The notes beneath the pieces were generated by a model, which was given only the letters and a program-made list of their open reading frames with translations, searched no databases and was not told the DNA's origin. Below, in pieces: positions 18,668 through 27,756 of a stretch of 56,737 nucleotides of DNA (within the stretch, counting starts at the first letter, position 1; the number at the start of each line of letters is the position of its first letter). Location: positions 1 to 56,737 of the IMG/VR virus record IMGVR_UViG_3300013099_000004, one strand, 5' to 3'. Source of the stretch: a virus (Duplodnaviria; Caudoviricetes). The translations under genes were made by a program, and so were the position numbers.

Positions 18668-18867
18668 CTTCTCTCATATTCATACTCATCTTCTATAATG
18701 TCTCTTAGGCTAACTAATTTAAAATATACATCTGGTACTTTTTTATCTTTAAGTAGTTCAAATCTGTTACTCTTATTCTCCAACTCGTGCATATCCTTAT
18801 ACATACATTTTTCTATTATTTCAATTATATCATATAACATTTCAACTGATATACTACAACTTTTCAT
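18664..18867 (-). CDS. hypothetical protein
   Basis: ORF with ATGA coupling. Confidence 0.6.
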   Translation of the reverse strand: MKSCSISVEMLYDIIEIIEKCMYKDMHELENKSNRFELLKDKKVPDVYFKLVSLRDIIEDEYEYERR

Positions 18868-18944
18868 TTTTTTTTCTCCATTTTTGTAAATGCCATTTTA
18901 CCCTCCGAATTTTGCGCCCATCCAATAAGCCGTATAAACTTATG

Positions 18945-19154
18945 TTAACTGGTTTTATCAGTATGCGGCTTTGTAATAGTTATTTGCCTGCGGCTGTATG
19001 TATCATATTCATCCATAGCCCATTTCATAACTTCTTTTAAAGTTGCTGTTTCAGGGAATATCTTTGTTTCTTGCCACATTTCACCAACAGTATCATTCCC
19101 TGCGCTTTTGTCAATTATTACTACATATTGTTCCATTTTATAATTTCCTTTCAT
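18945..19154 (-). CDS. hypothetical protein
   Basis: SAGNDTVGEMWQETKIF motif; true start probably MEQY. Confidence 0.7.
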   Translation of the reverse strand: MKGNYKMEQYVVIIDKSAGNDTVGEMWQETKIFPETATLKEVMKWAMDEYDTYSRRQITITKPHTDKTS

Positions 19155-19161
19155 ATTTTAC

Positions 19162-19281
19162 GGGGCAACGGCAAGGACTCGAACCTTGCATTACATTTCC
19201 CGGTAGGCTAGAAGTCACCCTGCATGCATAGGCTGTAATCTGCTTCTAGTCAGTGCGTCTGCCGTTCCGCCACATTGCCCC
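19162..19281 (-). ncRNA. tRNA-like RNA (Leu/Ser-type D arm and T loop, no canonical anticodon arm)
   Basis: GGGGCAATG-TGGCGGAACGGCAGACGC...GCAAGG-TTCGAGT-CCTTGC-CGTTGCCCC; 120 nt; central CTAGAAG/CTTCTAG stem; no CCA. Confidence 0.75.
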
Positions 19282-19309
19282 AATTACTTATCCAGCTATA
19301 CATTCTTTG

Positions 19310-19552
19310 TTATCCATTAATTTTTATTATATATATATTTTTTTTTTCATCAAAATATTTCTCGCATTCATTTGCAAATTTTTCCAGTTTATGAAAAATT
19401 CTTTCGTGCTCTTCGTTCATTTCAGGACCAAAATAAAATTCGCCAAGATGAATAAAATACCCATCAACATCTAACCCTAATTCTACAATTTCATAGGGGC
19501 CTGCACTCTCGCAAAATCCAATTCTCGCTCCTTTAATCTTTCTTACGTCCAT
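19310..19552 (-). CDS. hypothetical protein
   Basis: AGGAG RBS; A10 tract near the 3' end. Confidence 0.65.
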   Translation of the reverse strand: MDVRKIKGARIGFCESAGPYEIVELGLDVDGYFIHLGEFYFGPEMNEEHERIFHKLEKFANECEKYFDEKKNIYIIKING

Positions 19553-19569
19553 CTTTTATGTCTCCTATA

Positions 19570-19683
19570 TTACTTACTTACTATTTCACGTATTGCCGAA
19601 ATAGCACCTTCCAATTTATTGCAACGATATTCTAATGCTATTAGTTTTCCGTTATCGACTTCTCTATCAAAATATTTTTTATC
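19570..19683 (-). pseudogene. Orphan 3' fragment paralogous to 19980..20183
   Basis: KKYFDREVDNGKLIALEYRCNKLEGAISAIREIVSK* vs KKYFNEKVDKRMLEALEYHCNHLESTIETIRKIVGK*; no start codon. Confidence 0.75.
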
Positions 19684-19687
19684 TATC

Positions 19688-19909
19688 TTACCTTTTATTC
19701 ATTATTCGCCTTACATTAATAAAATGTTTATCTTCTTTTATCTCTCCTCTACACATTGGATAGTAATACTCATCCAATAATTTAATAGCTTTTTCTTGCC
19801 CTATCTGTGATTCTACCAGCCACATAAGTTCCTCAACGGCTTCGTAAGCGTCTCCCATATTCTCGATTAATGCCCATCCATCTAATACATGTTCATAACT
19901 ACCCGCCAT
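19688..19909 (-). CDS. hypothetical protein
   Basis: MAGSYEH...LIENMGDAYEAVEE; AAGGAG RBS. Confidence 0.75.
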   Translation of the reverse strand: MAGSYEHVLDGWALIENMGDAYEAVEELMWLVESQIGQEKAIKLLDEYYYPMCRGEIKEDKHFINVRRIMNKR

Positions 19910-19979
19910 AATTTAACTCCTTCTTTTACTTTCTTCACTTTCTTGCGTTTACCATTTCACCATGTTCCTCTGATAATAT

Positions 19980-20183
19980 TTATTTACCTACTATCTTACG
20001 TATTGTTTCAATAGTACTTTCTAAATGATTGCAGTGATATTCTAATGCTTCTAACATTCTTTTATCAACCTTTTCATTAAAATATTTTTTAGTACAGATT
20101 ACAATATCTCCGTCTATAGCATATTCAATTTTCCCCTGTCTGCACATGTCTATTGCTTTAATTGTTGTTTCATCTTCAAACAT
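19980..20183 (-). CDS. hypothetical protein
   Basis: AAGGAG RBS before ATG 20183. Confidence 0.7.
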   Translation of the reverse strand: MFEDETTIKAIDMCRQGKIEYAIDGDIVICTKKYFNEKVDKRMLEALEYHCNHLESTIETIRKIVGK

Positions 20184-20187
20184 TATT

Positions 20188-20361
20188 TTATATCTCCTTT
20201 GCCTGTTCTTGATTATACCAACTCTTAATAAATATATCGAAGGCAACGTTGTTCACTATAGCAAACTTGTCGTATTTTATGAAAAGCGGCGTATTACTTT
20301 GTAGGCTGTCGCCCATCATGCTTAACCATTCCTCTATTTCTGTCTTAGTATTCGTGTCCAT
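20188..20361 (-). CDS. hypothetical protein
   Basis: AAGGAGG RBS before MDTNTK. Confidence 0.6.
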   Translation of the reverse strand: MDTNTKTEIEEWLSMMGDSLQSNTPLFIKYDKFAIVNNVAFDIFIKSWYNQEQAKEI

Positions 20362-20658
20362 ACTACTTGCCTCCTTTTCTATCTGCCCCCGCTCTTTACG
20401 TTTGGCATTCGGTTTTAACGTCTTCGCTGACGGTAAACTCAATCCTGTTATTTTATTTGTCAGAAAGAACGTCAGGGCATTATCTCCTAATGATATACAT
20501 ATCCAATAAAGTAATTGGTAAACGTCAATTGCTCTAGCGTGTATATAGCCTCACTGATAGGATAATTAAGTATGACAATCATTATGTTTATAACGAGTAA
20601 TTGCTCAGTACTAACAGGTATGTATATCTTTTCATTAACCATTATAGTCTCCGTACGT

Positions 20659-20687
20659 AATATAACTTATTAAATTGTTAATGTCAA
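20659..20687 (-). promoter_or_regulatory. sigma70-type promoter
   Basis: TTGACA-N17-TATATT. Confidence 0.75.
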
Positions 20688-21127
20688 GGGTTTTCTGTCT
20701 TGCTAATACCCTTTAAAGCGTTTATTGCCTCATCGTTATAGGATGTTTTCTTCTTAATATATTCAGCAAGCTTAACAATCCACTCATTCAATGTCCTACC
20801 TAATGTCCGTAAGCCTGTTGATGTTATATAATGTCCGACCTTATTAAAGTCCCCATCAACATAAAATTCGCAGTCTAAATCACTAACCTTATTAGGTATA
20901 AACCACCCATTTAATGTTATCCACAATGCTGAATCACTTGTCCCAAAAAAGTAAATCCCCTTATAAGTGAAGTCAAGTAGTACTGCCCTATCTACTTCTT
21001 TTACTGCATTAAGTATCTTTGCCTCAGTGTCGTTGACTATCTTAAGAAGTTCTGCAAGTTTGTTATTATACCTAGTACTTACACCTTCTAATTTTGTGAT
21101 GTTTGTGTCAATAATATTACGTTTCAT
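20684..21127 (-). CDS. hypothetical protein
   Basis: AAGGAGG RBS. Confidence 0.75.
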   Translation of the reverse strand: MKRNIIDTNITKLEGVSTRYNNKLAELLKIVNDTEAKILNAVKEVDRAVLLDFTYKGIYFFGTSDSALWITLNGWFIPNKVSDLDCEFYVDGDFNKVGHYITSTGLRTLGRTLNEWIVKLAEYIKKKTSYNDEAINALKGISKTENP

Positions 21128-21148
21128 TTTACTTTCCTCCTTGTTAAG

Positions 21149-21547
21149 TTATTGTTCAATATAAAGCTCTTCATAGTAGTCAGCAAGCCACTCAGCCCAA
21201 TCCTCGCCGGTTATGTCTATCCCGATTCCTATAAACCAATCCAGGAATACATATTCAATCGTTCTATTGTCACCAGGATATATACGTATTTCATCACTGG
21301 GGCCCCCATAAGATATCTGATAACGTATATAAGCGGCTTGCTTACCATCTTGCTCAACAAAATCAACTGATAAAGGATACTCATAGAATGTACCGTATTC
21401 TTCAGTGTTATTGTCGAGGTCGTCTAAGTTCATAAAGGTAGTTATTGCTTTTTCTGTTGCATTTAACCTCTTTTTAGCTCTCTCAATAAGCGTATCCTTC
21501 TCGTCGTCACCTACATTAAGAAATGTTATGTTGTTTTTAATATCCAT
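21149..21547 (-). CDS. acidic hypothetical protein (phage YQISYGGPSDE family)
   Basis: YIRYQISYGGPSDEIR...YVFLDWF. Confidence 0.8.
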   Translation of the reverse strand: MDIKNNITFLNVGDDEKDTLIERAKKRLNATEKAITTFMNLDDLDNNTEEYGTFYEYPLSVDFVEQDGKQAAYIRYQISYGGPSDEIRIYPGDNRTIEYVFLDWFIGIGIDITGEDWAEWLADYYEELYIEQ

Positions 21548-21620
21548 TGTATTATCTCCTTATATCTTGTTAATATGTTAGCATATAATAGGTTATATGA
21601 CCTATATTGTAATAGCGTTA

Positions 21621-22970
21621 TTACTCATCTTCCAGGTTACTAAGCACTATCTTACTGGCTATACCAATGCCACGCCAGAATCGTTCTTTGCTACTACGTG
21701 CTTGAGTTATACCATGTCTTGCCATAATTAACTTGCTAAAGCTACGCTTATCAACAGGCTTTTCCATATTAGCCTTGCAGTACTCTAAATACTTTTCATA
21801 TAATAGCTTGATAGGCACGGTAGCTTCAGGATGTATAAAGCAAGTATCCTGCAAGAAGGGGCCGATAATATCCATCTCTTCTTGGTATTCTCTGGTCGCT
21901 ATAGCAATTTCTTCTGGAGTATTTAAGCCTTCGGATTGCCATATAAGACAGCCTTCAACAGCCCATCTTAATATACCTTCAAGCTCCTCCCTAAGAAGCT
22001 CTCTCATGTTAGCTACCTTATTAGCTCCTTTGAATGTGGCATCAAATGGAATAAGTATCATCCTTCTCCATATACCATAATCTATACCCTCGATAATAGG
22101 GCGGTGATTAGTACTCAGCCATACTTTCCAAGTAGGTCTAAACTCAATATTTTCAGAATACAAGTACCTGGCTGTAATTACATCATCCCCTGTTATTTGC
22201 TTTATCATAGTCTCATCAAGCTTGCCCTTGCCGGATGTCTCTACTGCACTTACAAATCTACTGCCTTGTAATCGAGCAAGGTCATTACGTATAGCACCGC
22301 CAGCTTGTACCATTAAAGTCTTAGGATTACTGGCCTTACTGTACGTACCTAATAAGTCTCTGATAATTTCTATAAAGGTAGTCTTGCCATTAGCCCCTGA
22401 ACCATACATAATAAACATTACTTGCTCTTCTACGGAGGCAGTCAACGTGTAGCCTATTGCTTTTTGTAAGAATGATACTAGAGATTTACGACTACACATA
22501 ATATCATCTAAGAATTTTAACCATCTTGTACAAGTAGCCCTGGTATCATAACGTATAGGTATTATATTTGTTGCGTAATCCTTTACGTTATGTGGTCTTA
22601 ACGTGCCGGTTTCTAAATCAACAACCCCATTAAGTACATTAAGCTTCATCTTGTCATCAGGGTTAAAATCAGTAAGATGACGTACTACCTTGTTGTCTAA
22701 CTTGGCAAGTGATAGCATGGCATCTATAGCTTGCTTTGATTCGCTATGATAAGCCCACTTTCTGGCTTCAGGACTATTAGCCGTGCTATGCAATTTATTA
22801 ATAACTTCCTTTACTACTAACTTAAGTACTCCAGTATCTTTTACCCATTGTTTGCCATTATAGCTATACCAAGTACCTGATTTACCCATATCAGGGCAGT
22901 ATAGTAATCTGTCTTTAGCTATATCTGCAAATAATTGCGAGTTACCTAAGTCAGTAAGATTATAGCTCAT
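21621..22970 (-). CDS. D5/P4-family SF3 helicase (D5_N + ATPase + C-terminal wHTH), no primase domain
   Basis: TDLGNSQLF, NVLNGVVDL, Walker A GSGANGKTT, KQITGDD.ITAR.LY, STNHRP, WRR...IPF. Confidence 0.93.
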   Translation of the reverse strand: MSYNLTDLGNSQLFADIAKDRLLYCPDMGKSGTWYSYNGKQWVKDTGVLKLVVKEVINKLHSTANSPEARKWAYHSESKQAIDAMLSLAKLDNKVVRHLTDFNPDDKMKLNVLNGVVDLETGTLRPHNVKDYATNIIPIRYDTRATCTRWLKFLDDIMCSRKSLVSFLQKAIGYTLTASVEEQVMFIMYGSGANGKTTFIEIIRDLLGTYSKASNPKTLMVQAGGAIRNDLARLQGSRFVSAVETSGKGKLDETMIKQITGDDVITARYLYSENIEFRPTWKVWLSTNHRPIIEGIDYGIWRRMILIPFDATFKGANKVANMRELLREELEGILRWAVEGCLIWQSEGLNTPEEIAIATREYQEEMDIIGPFLQDTCFIHPEATVPIKLLYEKYLEYCKANMEKPVDKRSFSKLIMARHGITQARSSKERFWRGIGIASKIVLSNLEDE

Positions 22971-22983
22971 TATCAAACCTCCG

Positions 22984-23361
22984 TTAAAGTAATCTTATTG
23001 TAGCATCATCATCATATACACTATATGCCAACACCCAAAACTCGTTATCTCTGAAGTATATATCATATATATACTCTTCACCGCAATCTTTACTGCCTGT
23101 TGGTAATACCTCACACCCACTTATTTTCTGTATATAAGCCATTAATTGTACCGCCATAGTGCCGGCTCTATTGAATGTAATACTTCTATCTTGATCTAGC
23201 GTAATACCATTTACAAGCTTTTTGCCGTCGAGCCATTTTGCCAAGTCAGCACCATGACCTTCAGGATAGCCATTATGGTGTCTGTAAAATGTACATATAA
23301 TTTCTTCGGTAGGGTCTAAGCTTTTCATTTCGTGTATATGCGTTATACATCTTGTGCTCAT
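22984..23361 (-). CDS. hypothetical protein (phage MSTR...YRHxxGYP family)
   Basis: MSTRC...YRHHNGYPEGHGADL...EYIY. Confidence 0.8.
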   Translation of the reverse strand: MSTRCITHIHEMKSLDPTEEIICTFYRHHNGYPEGHGADLAKWLDGKKLVNGITLDQDRSITFNRAGTMAVQLMAYIQKISGCEVLPTGSKDCGEEYIYDIYFRDNEFWVLAYSVYDDDATIRLL

Positions 23362-23363
23362 AG

Positions 23364-24002
23364 TTATTCCTCCTTGCTATCTTCATTATTGTTGCTAAAC
23401 CCTGTATCAGGGTCTCTTATAGGCATTATAACTCCGCTTAATCCTTCAGTAGTTTTAAATAGCATAGCTCTATCAGGAGCTAACAGTTTGAACTGTACAA
23501 TAGAAGTATTCTTATCGTAGTTTCGGCCTTTACGTAATGCAGATAACAATTTATACATCAAATCTATACTAAATGCTATCGTAATGACTGCATCTTCACC
23601 AGATGGTATAACAGGGTCTATATCAGGGTACGTTACATTATCAGTAATAACGCTTTTATTGTGGTCAGTATATAAGTACACATTGTCATCGTTAATGTTT
23701 TCTTTAAAGGCATACACTGTTTTAAGTACTTTATGTATATTCTTACCCTTAGGCAATGTCTTTTCTAACTTGTTAAGTGTATTAATAGGTACTTTAAATC
23801 CATGTTCAACCTTATTAGTGTCATATACATCATCAGGTAATGGAAAATCTTCGGTATTTACTTCGGGGTAAGGTACTTTAATTAATATGTGACCATCAGT
23901 AGTAACGGTCTCATTTTCTCTGAATAATATAACCTGGGTGTAAGGTCTTAACTCATCCTGCTCATTTACAATCGCTTTGATATTATGTTTGTCGATTAAC
24001 AT
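23364..24002 (-). CDS. DNA polymerase III beta-clamp-like protein (short, two-domain)
   Basis: TTDGHIL, YPDIDPVIP, AFSIDLM, C-terminal GVIMPIR. Confidence 0.75.
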   Translation of the reverse strand: MLIDKHNIKAIVNEQDELRPYTQVILFRENETVTTDGHILIKVPYPEVNTEDFPLPDDVYDTNKVEHGFKVPINTLNKLEKTLPKGKNIHKVLKTVYAFKENINDDNVYLYTDHNKSVITDNVTYPDIDPVIPSGEDAVITIAFSIDLMYKLLSALRKGRNYDKNTSIVQFKLLAPDRAMLFKTTEGLSGVIMPIRDPDTGFSNNNEDSKEE

Positions 24003-24043
24003 GATTTAATCCTCCTTGTTATACTCCATGCTTTTTACATCAT

Positions 24044-24487
24044 CTAACGCCCTATTGTCATTTTAAGCTCATCCAGTAAACTCAGTAACCGTTCCAGTTC
24101 TGCCTTATTATTACTTCGTCGTAGTATCTTTTCAATTTTATCGAAATATACACTTGTGTCGCCAATCTTAAGGCGTACTACCGCCTTTGCAAATGCTCCG
24201 ATAGTACGAAACCATTGCATCTCATCTATATTACTTTTGACCTTTTCCATTACCTCATTTATTGTGTATTCCCCAACAAGGTTATTGCCGTAATTAGGGT
24301 AGTCGATAGATATAAACTTATAATTTCTATTTTCTGGTATACTAGTATAATGTGTTGCGTGGAGTATATACACGGCATCATCATTAAACCAAGCAAGTAT
24401 TCCTCTTACGCTTTTATCAGTCAGTTTTTCCCTTAGTTGTTTAAGTGTTATTACAGCTTCTGGCTTACCGTCTTTTACTATTTTCAT
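24044..24487 (-). CDS. hypothetical protein (paralog family with 17091..17450 and 26779..26915)
   Basis: IDEMQWFRTIGAFAKAVVRLK. Confidence 0.75.
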   Translation of the reverse strand: MKIVKDGKPEAVITLKQLREKLTDKSVRGILAWFNDDAVYILHATHYTSIPENRNYKFISIDYPNYGNNLVGEYTINEVMEKVKSNIDEMQWFRTIGAFAKAVVRLKIGDTSVYFDKIEKILRRSNNKAELERLLSLLDELKMTIGR

Positions 24488-24490
24488 TGT

Positions 24491-24739
24491 TTAGTCCTCC
24501 TTGTTATTACTTATTAAGTCACTAACATGCTTAATTATTAGGTCTTTTGCTGCACCTTTTGGCAAGTCGCCAATTAACGTATCAAATGCATATAGTAACA
24601 TTCCAATGCCATCTTCACCTGATACTTTTAATGAGGCACTGTACTCCTCATCTTCAAGTATTGACGTTATCAAGATATAGTTAATATCTGAATCAGTAAG
24701 TTCATTTGTTATCTCTTTAATCTTATTATTATTCATCAT
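24491..24739 (-). CDS. hypothetical protein
   Basis: RBS; similar to 24896..25153. Confidence 0.7.
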   Translation of the reverse strand: MMNNNKIKEITNELTDSDINYILITSILEDEEYSASLKVSGEDGIGMLLYAFDTLIGDLPKGAAKDLIIKHVSDLISNNKED

Positions 24740-24921
24740 GTAGCCTCCTTATAGTTTAATTTGCTATAATCTGTTATTTCAATTATGTCAACAGCTCCCT
24801 TTAACGTCTTATACCCATACTGATCAACTATTAGCAATATATTCTTATTATCAGGATCATTATAAGATGCAATAACTCTGCCATTGACAAAGTCACTAAC
24901 TCTTATTGTCATCCGACTCAC
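24736..24921 (-). CDS. hypothetical protein
   Basis: Packed ORF; start probably MTIRV. Confidence 0.6.
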   Translation of the reverse strand: MSRMTIRVSDFVNGRVIASYNDPDNKNILLIVDQYGYKTLKGAVDIIEITDYSKLNYKEAT

Positions 24922-25153
24922 CTCCTTCAGACTGAATACTCATTGCTAACCCTATTGCAATTAAAGGGTTATTTTCAGCCATTTTAAACAGCTTACTCTG
25001 TACAGCAATTAATACATGTAGGCCGTCTATACCTTTAATATTTCCGGCAATTACTACGTCGTCAGTGTCTTCAGGTTTAGCAGCTAACAAGAATTGCACA
25101 TCTTCTTTATCTGCTAACCTGTTAAATAATGCTCTTATTTCGTTTGCGGTCAT
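24896..25153 (-). CDS. hypothetical protein
   Basis: GGAGG RBS. Confidence 0.7.
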   Translation of the reverse strand: MTANEIRALFNRLADKEDVQFLLAAKPEDTDDVVIAGNIKGIDGLHVLIAVQSKLFKMAENNPLIAIGLAMSIQSEGGESDDNKS

Positions 25154-25170
25154 AGCTTGCTATCCTCCAT

Positions 25171-25599
25171 TTAAGGTATTATTATATTAATTTCAGGCTC
25201 AGGCCTTTTGCCGGCAGCCTTTAATGCCTTTTCCCGTTCCTTCATTACTTTCTTGAGCTTGTTTATCTCACTATCCAGATATTTCCGTGACATGTTATAA
25301 GCTTCTTTCCATGTATCGGCAGTAAATACTTTAACAAGGTATCTGTAACCACCTTCAAGCTCAGGCATAGGGTCGATAATATTATAACCCCATGCAGATG
25401 ACAATGTACAACCCATTAATTCACATTCAGCCTCATAACATAAATTCTTGTCAAGCTGTATACCATCTTCGTTATCAGGCTCGCCACGCAGAAATATACA
25501 GGCTTGTACCCCTACCTTACTTCTTTCTCTTGACAACTGTTGATATAACGGCTTGATTACAGTTGCTACTAATGGCCTGTTATGTTGTTTCTCACTCAT
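25171..25599 (-). CDS. hypothetical protein
   Basis: AAGGAGG RBS. Confidence 0.75.
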   Translation of the reverse strand: MSEKQHNRPLVATVIKPLYQQLSRERSKVGVQACIFLRGEPDNEDGIQLDKNLCYEAECELMGCTLSSAWGYNIIDPMPELEGGYRYLVKVFTADTWKEAYNMSRKYLDSEINKLKKVMKEREKALKAAGKRPEPEINIIIP

Positions 25600-25758
25600 A
25601 ATAATTTCCTCCTTAAAATTAATGTTAATAATTCAATACCTTGCTTACCTTAATATCAACATCAACAATATTATTAAGTATAAGCTTCCCAATAGCTTCT
25701 TCCAAGCTATCGGTATTGGGTACTATATAACGTTTACCCTGATAATCTATTACCACTG

Positions 25759-26352
25759 TCATCTTGGTATCCTTTTCATGTTATGAATGTAAGATATTGC
25801 TTCTTCTCTGTTATTAAATTCTGGCATATCAATATCTGGTTTATACTTAAATGTAGGTTTATACTTCTTATTACGATGATTAATGATTATTGACTCTTGC
25901 AAGGTAGTATAATATATCTCGTCATAGTCATAATGATAAATGCTAAGGGTATCTAATCTTAATATCTTGCCAGAAATACGTGGTGTCGGTATTACAAATG
26001 TCTCTGCTACACATGTACACGAGCCAAACGTCTGTATTTTATCTGGAGGTATTAATACAGGGATAGTTATCTCTGCTATATTACGAGTTAAACTCATAAA
26101 GCTTAAATAGATATGGTATCCCATACAACCACTTACTGGTGTTGGCGATGATGTATCTGCAATTGTCTGTACTTGGTTACAAGGATATACAGGTAATCCA
26201 TCTGTAATTTCTTCACCTATTACATACCTTCCATCTTGGTAGTATGGGTGAAGTATTTTACGCTTAACCTTAAACTTTTTATACCCAACAAGATATGTCT
26301 TATATATCTTTGGGTGTATTGCTGTCACATCTTCTGATACATATAAACACAT
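25759..26352 (-). CDS. hypothetical protein
   Basis: MCL...GYK...GYHIY pattern. Confidence 0.75.
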   Translation of the reverse strand: MCLYVSEDVTAIHPKIYKTYLVGYKKFKVKRKILHPYYQDGRYVIGEEITDGLPVYPCNQVQTIADTSSPTPVSGCMGYHIYLSFMSLTRNIAEITIPVLIPPDKIQTFGSCTCVAETFVIPTPRISGKILRLDTLSIYHYDYDEIYYTTLQESIIINHRNKKYKPTFKYKPDIDMPEFNNREEAISYIHNMKRIPR

Positions 26353-26381
26353 AGCTTATCTCCCTTTTCCTTGTTATTAAG

Positions 26382-26528
26382 TTAAAACTCCACTACCCTA
26401 TAATCATGTATGCAGTTATTACTTGCATACTCTGAAGCCTCGTCTTGTGTACTAAATACTGCTGGTGTGCCGTCTTCACTTAATAATATGTTAAAGTTTA
26501 CGGTATCATACTCAACAATGATAAACAT
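26382..26528 (-). CDS. 48-aa hypothetical protein (not in ORF track)
   Basis: AAGGAGG RBS; MFIIVEYD...DGTPAVFSTQDEASEYA. Confidence 0.7.
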   Translation of the reverse strand: MFIIVEYDTVNFNILLSEDGTPAVFSTQDEASEYASNNCIHDYRVVEF

Positions 26529-26555
26529 AATAATATCCTCCTTCGTTTAACAAGA

Positions 26556-26756
26556 TTATACTAAGCCATTGTAACAAGGTATTAGCTTCTCATCTTCATA
26601 CTTATAGTTGGTATTTATGAAGCTAACTACATCGTTTTCTTTATAGGCATTATTCAACCCAAGGTTATAAAAACTGTCACGTTTCCGGTATTGCCATACT
26701 CCGCCGGAACGTTCTAACTTGTAGCCCTTACTAAGCAGTATTTGATGAGTGCTCAT
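26556..26756 (-). CDS. hypothetical protein
   Basis: AAGGAGGAG RBS. Confidence 0.7.
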   Translation of the reverse strand: MSTHQILLSKGYKLERSGGVWQYRKRDSFYNLGLNNAYKENDVVSFINTNYKYEDEKLIPCYNGLV

Positions 26757-26778
26757 AATATTACTCCTCCTTACTTAA

Positions 26779-26915
26779 TTAATTTTTCTTTTTAAACCGT
26801 ATTACTTCTTCGGCAAAGTCCTCAATGGTATCAAACCATTGCATCTCGTCGATACACTCCTTTATTCTCTTAGCCAGAGTGTCAATATCATATACATGTG
26901 CAATATCTCTCCGTC
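26779..26915 (-). pseudogene. Orphan 3' fragment paralogous to 24044..24487
   Basis: IDEMQWFDTIEDFAEEVIRFK*; begins after an A10 tract; no SD. Confidence 0.7.
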
Positions 26916-26929
26916 TTTTTTTTTTAATT

Positions 26930-27610
26930 TTAAATGATTGTTGCAGATTCTGCATTTTTTATTATTGCACGTCCTGCATGCTTTATTAATGCATGTCCTG
27001 CATTTTCTATTATTGCAAATTCTGCATATTCTATTTTAGCATATTCTGCGTTTTCTATTGTAGCATATTCTGCAATTTCTATTTTAGCATATCTTGCATT
27101 TTCTATTTTAGCAGAACCTGCATATTCTATTATTGCAGAATCTGCACTTCTTATTGTAGCACAATTTGCATTTTGTATTAATGCATTATCTGCATATTCT
27201 ATTAATGCGTATCCCGCATTTTCTATTTTAGCAGAACCTGCATGCTTTATTAATGCATAATTAGCATATTCTATTGTAACATTGTCTTTCAATATATATA
27301 ATCCGAGAGGCAATATATGCACATCCTCTTTGATAATATATTTATTAATAATAGCTTTCATTCTCTTTATAACTTGTACTTTCATCCCTTCTGTAAACCA
27401 TTCCGGGATTATTACCTCGTCTATGTGTAATTCATAGCTTGCCAAATCAGCTTCTTTCCCCTGTATAGGCCTGTACTCAATTCGTACTAAGTTACCTAAC
27501 TTAGTATCGTTTAATTTGTAATAATTAATAATATCCTCATGGGAATCTATCCCATCCAAATGGTAAATGTTACCGTTTGGCGTGACTACTGCCGATTTAA
27601 AGTTGCACAT
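26930..27610 (-). CDS. Protein with C-terminal 8-aa tandem repeats (beta-solenoid)
   Basis: About 14 copies of A-x-I-x-x-A-x-x (24-nt period, ~26940-27270); N-terminal MCNFKSAV...DSHEDII. Confidence 0.85.
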   Translation of the reverse strand: MCNFKSAVVTPNGNIYHLDGIDSHEDIINYYKLNDTKLGNLVRIEYRPIQGKEADLASYELHIDEVIIPEWFTEGMKVQVIKRMKAIINKYIIKEDVHILPLGLYILKDNVTIEYANYALIKHAGSAKIENAGYALIEYADNALIQNANCATIRSADSAIIEYAGSAKIENARYAKIEIAEYATIENAEYAKIEYAEFAIIENAGHALIKHAGRAIIKNAESATII

Positions 27611-27714
27611 TGCAAATCCTCCTTTTTTTTTTACTCTTACAGTTTAGTACGTCTTAATGTTACCCTGCTAAGCTCTTATTGTTAGCATGTTAAACCTGTT
27701 CTTAATGTTAACGC

Positions 27715-27756
27715 CTTATTGGTAATGACTTACTGGTAATAACTTACTGGTAAAAA
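27715..27756. repeat. 3 x 14-bp tandem repeat
   Basis: CTTATTGGTAATGA / CTTACTGGTAATAA / CTTACTGGTAAAAA. Confidence 0.8.

Noticed and set aside
26940-27270. CRISPR array or DGR template/variable repeat
   Set aside because: In-frame 24-nt coding repeats with no spacers; no reverse transcriptase or cas operon in the genome
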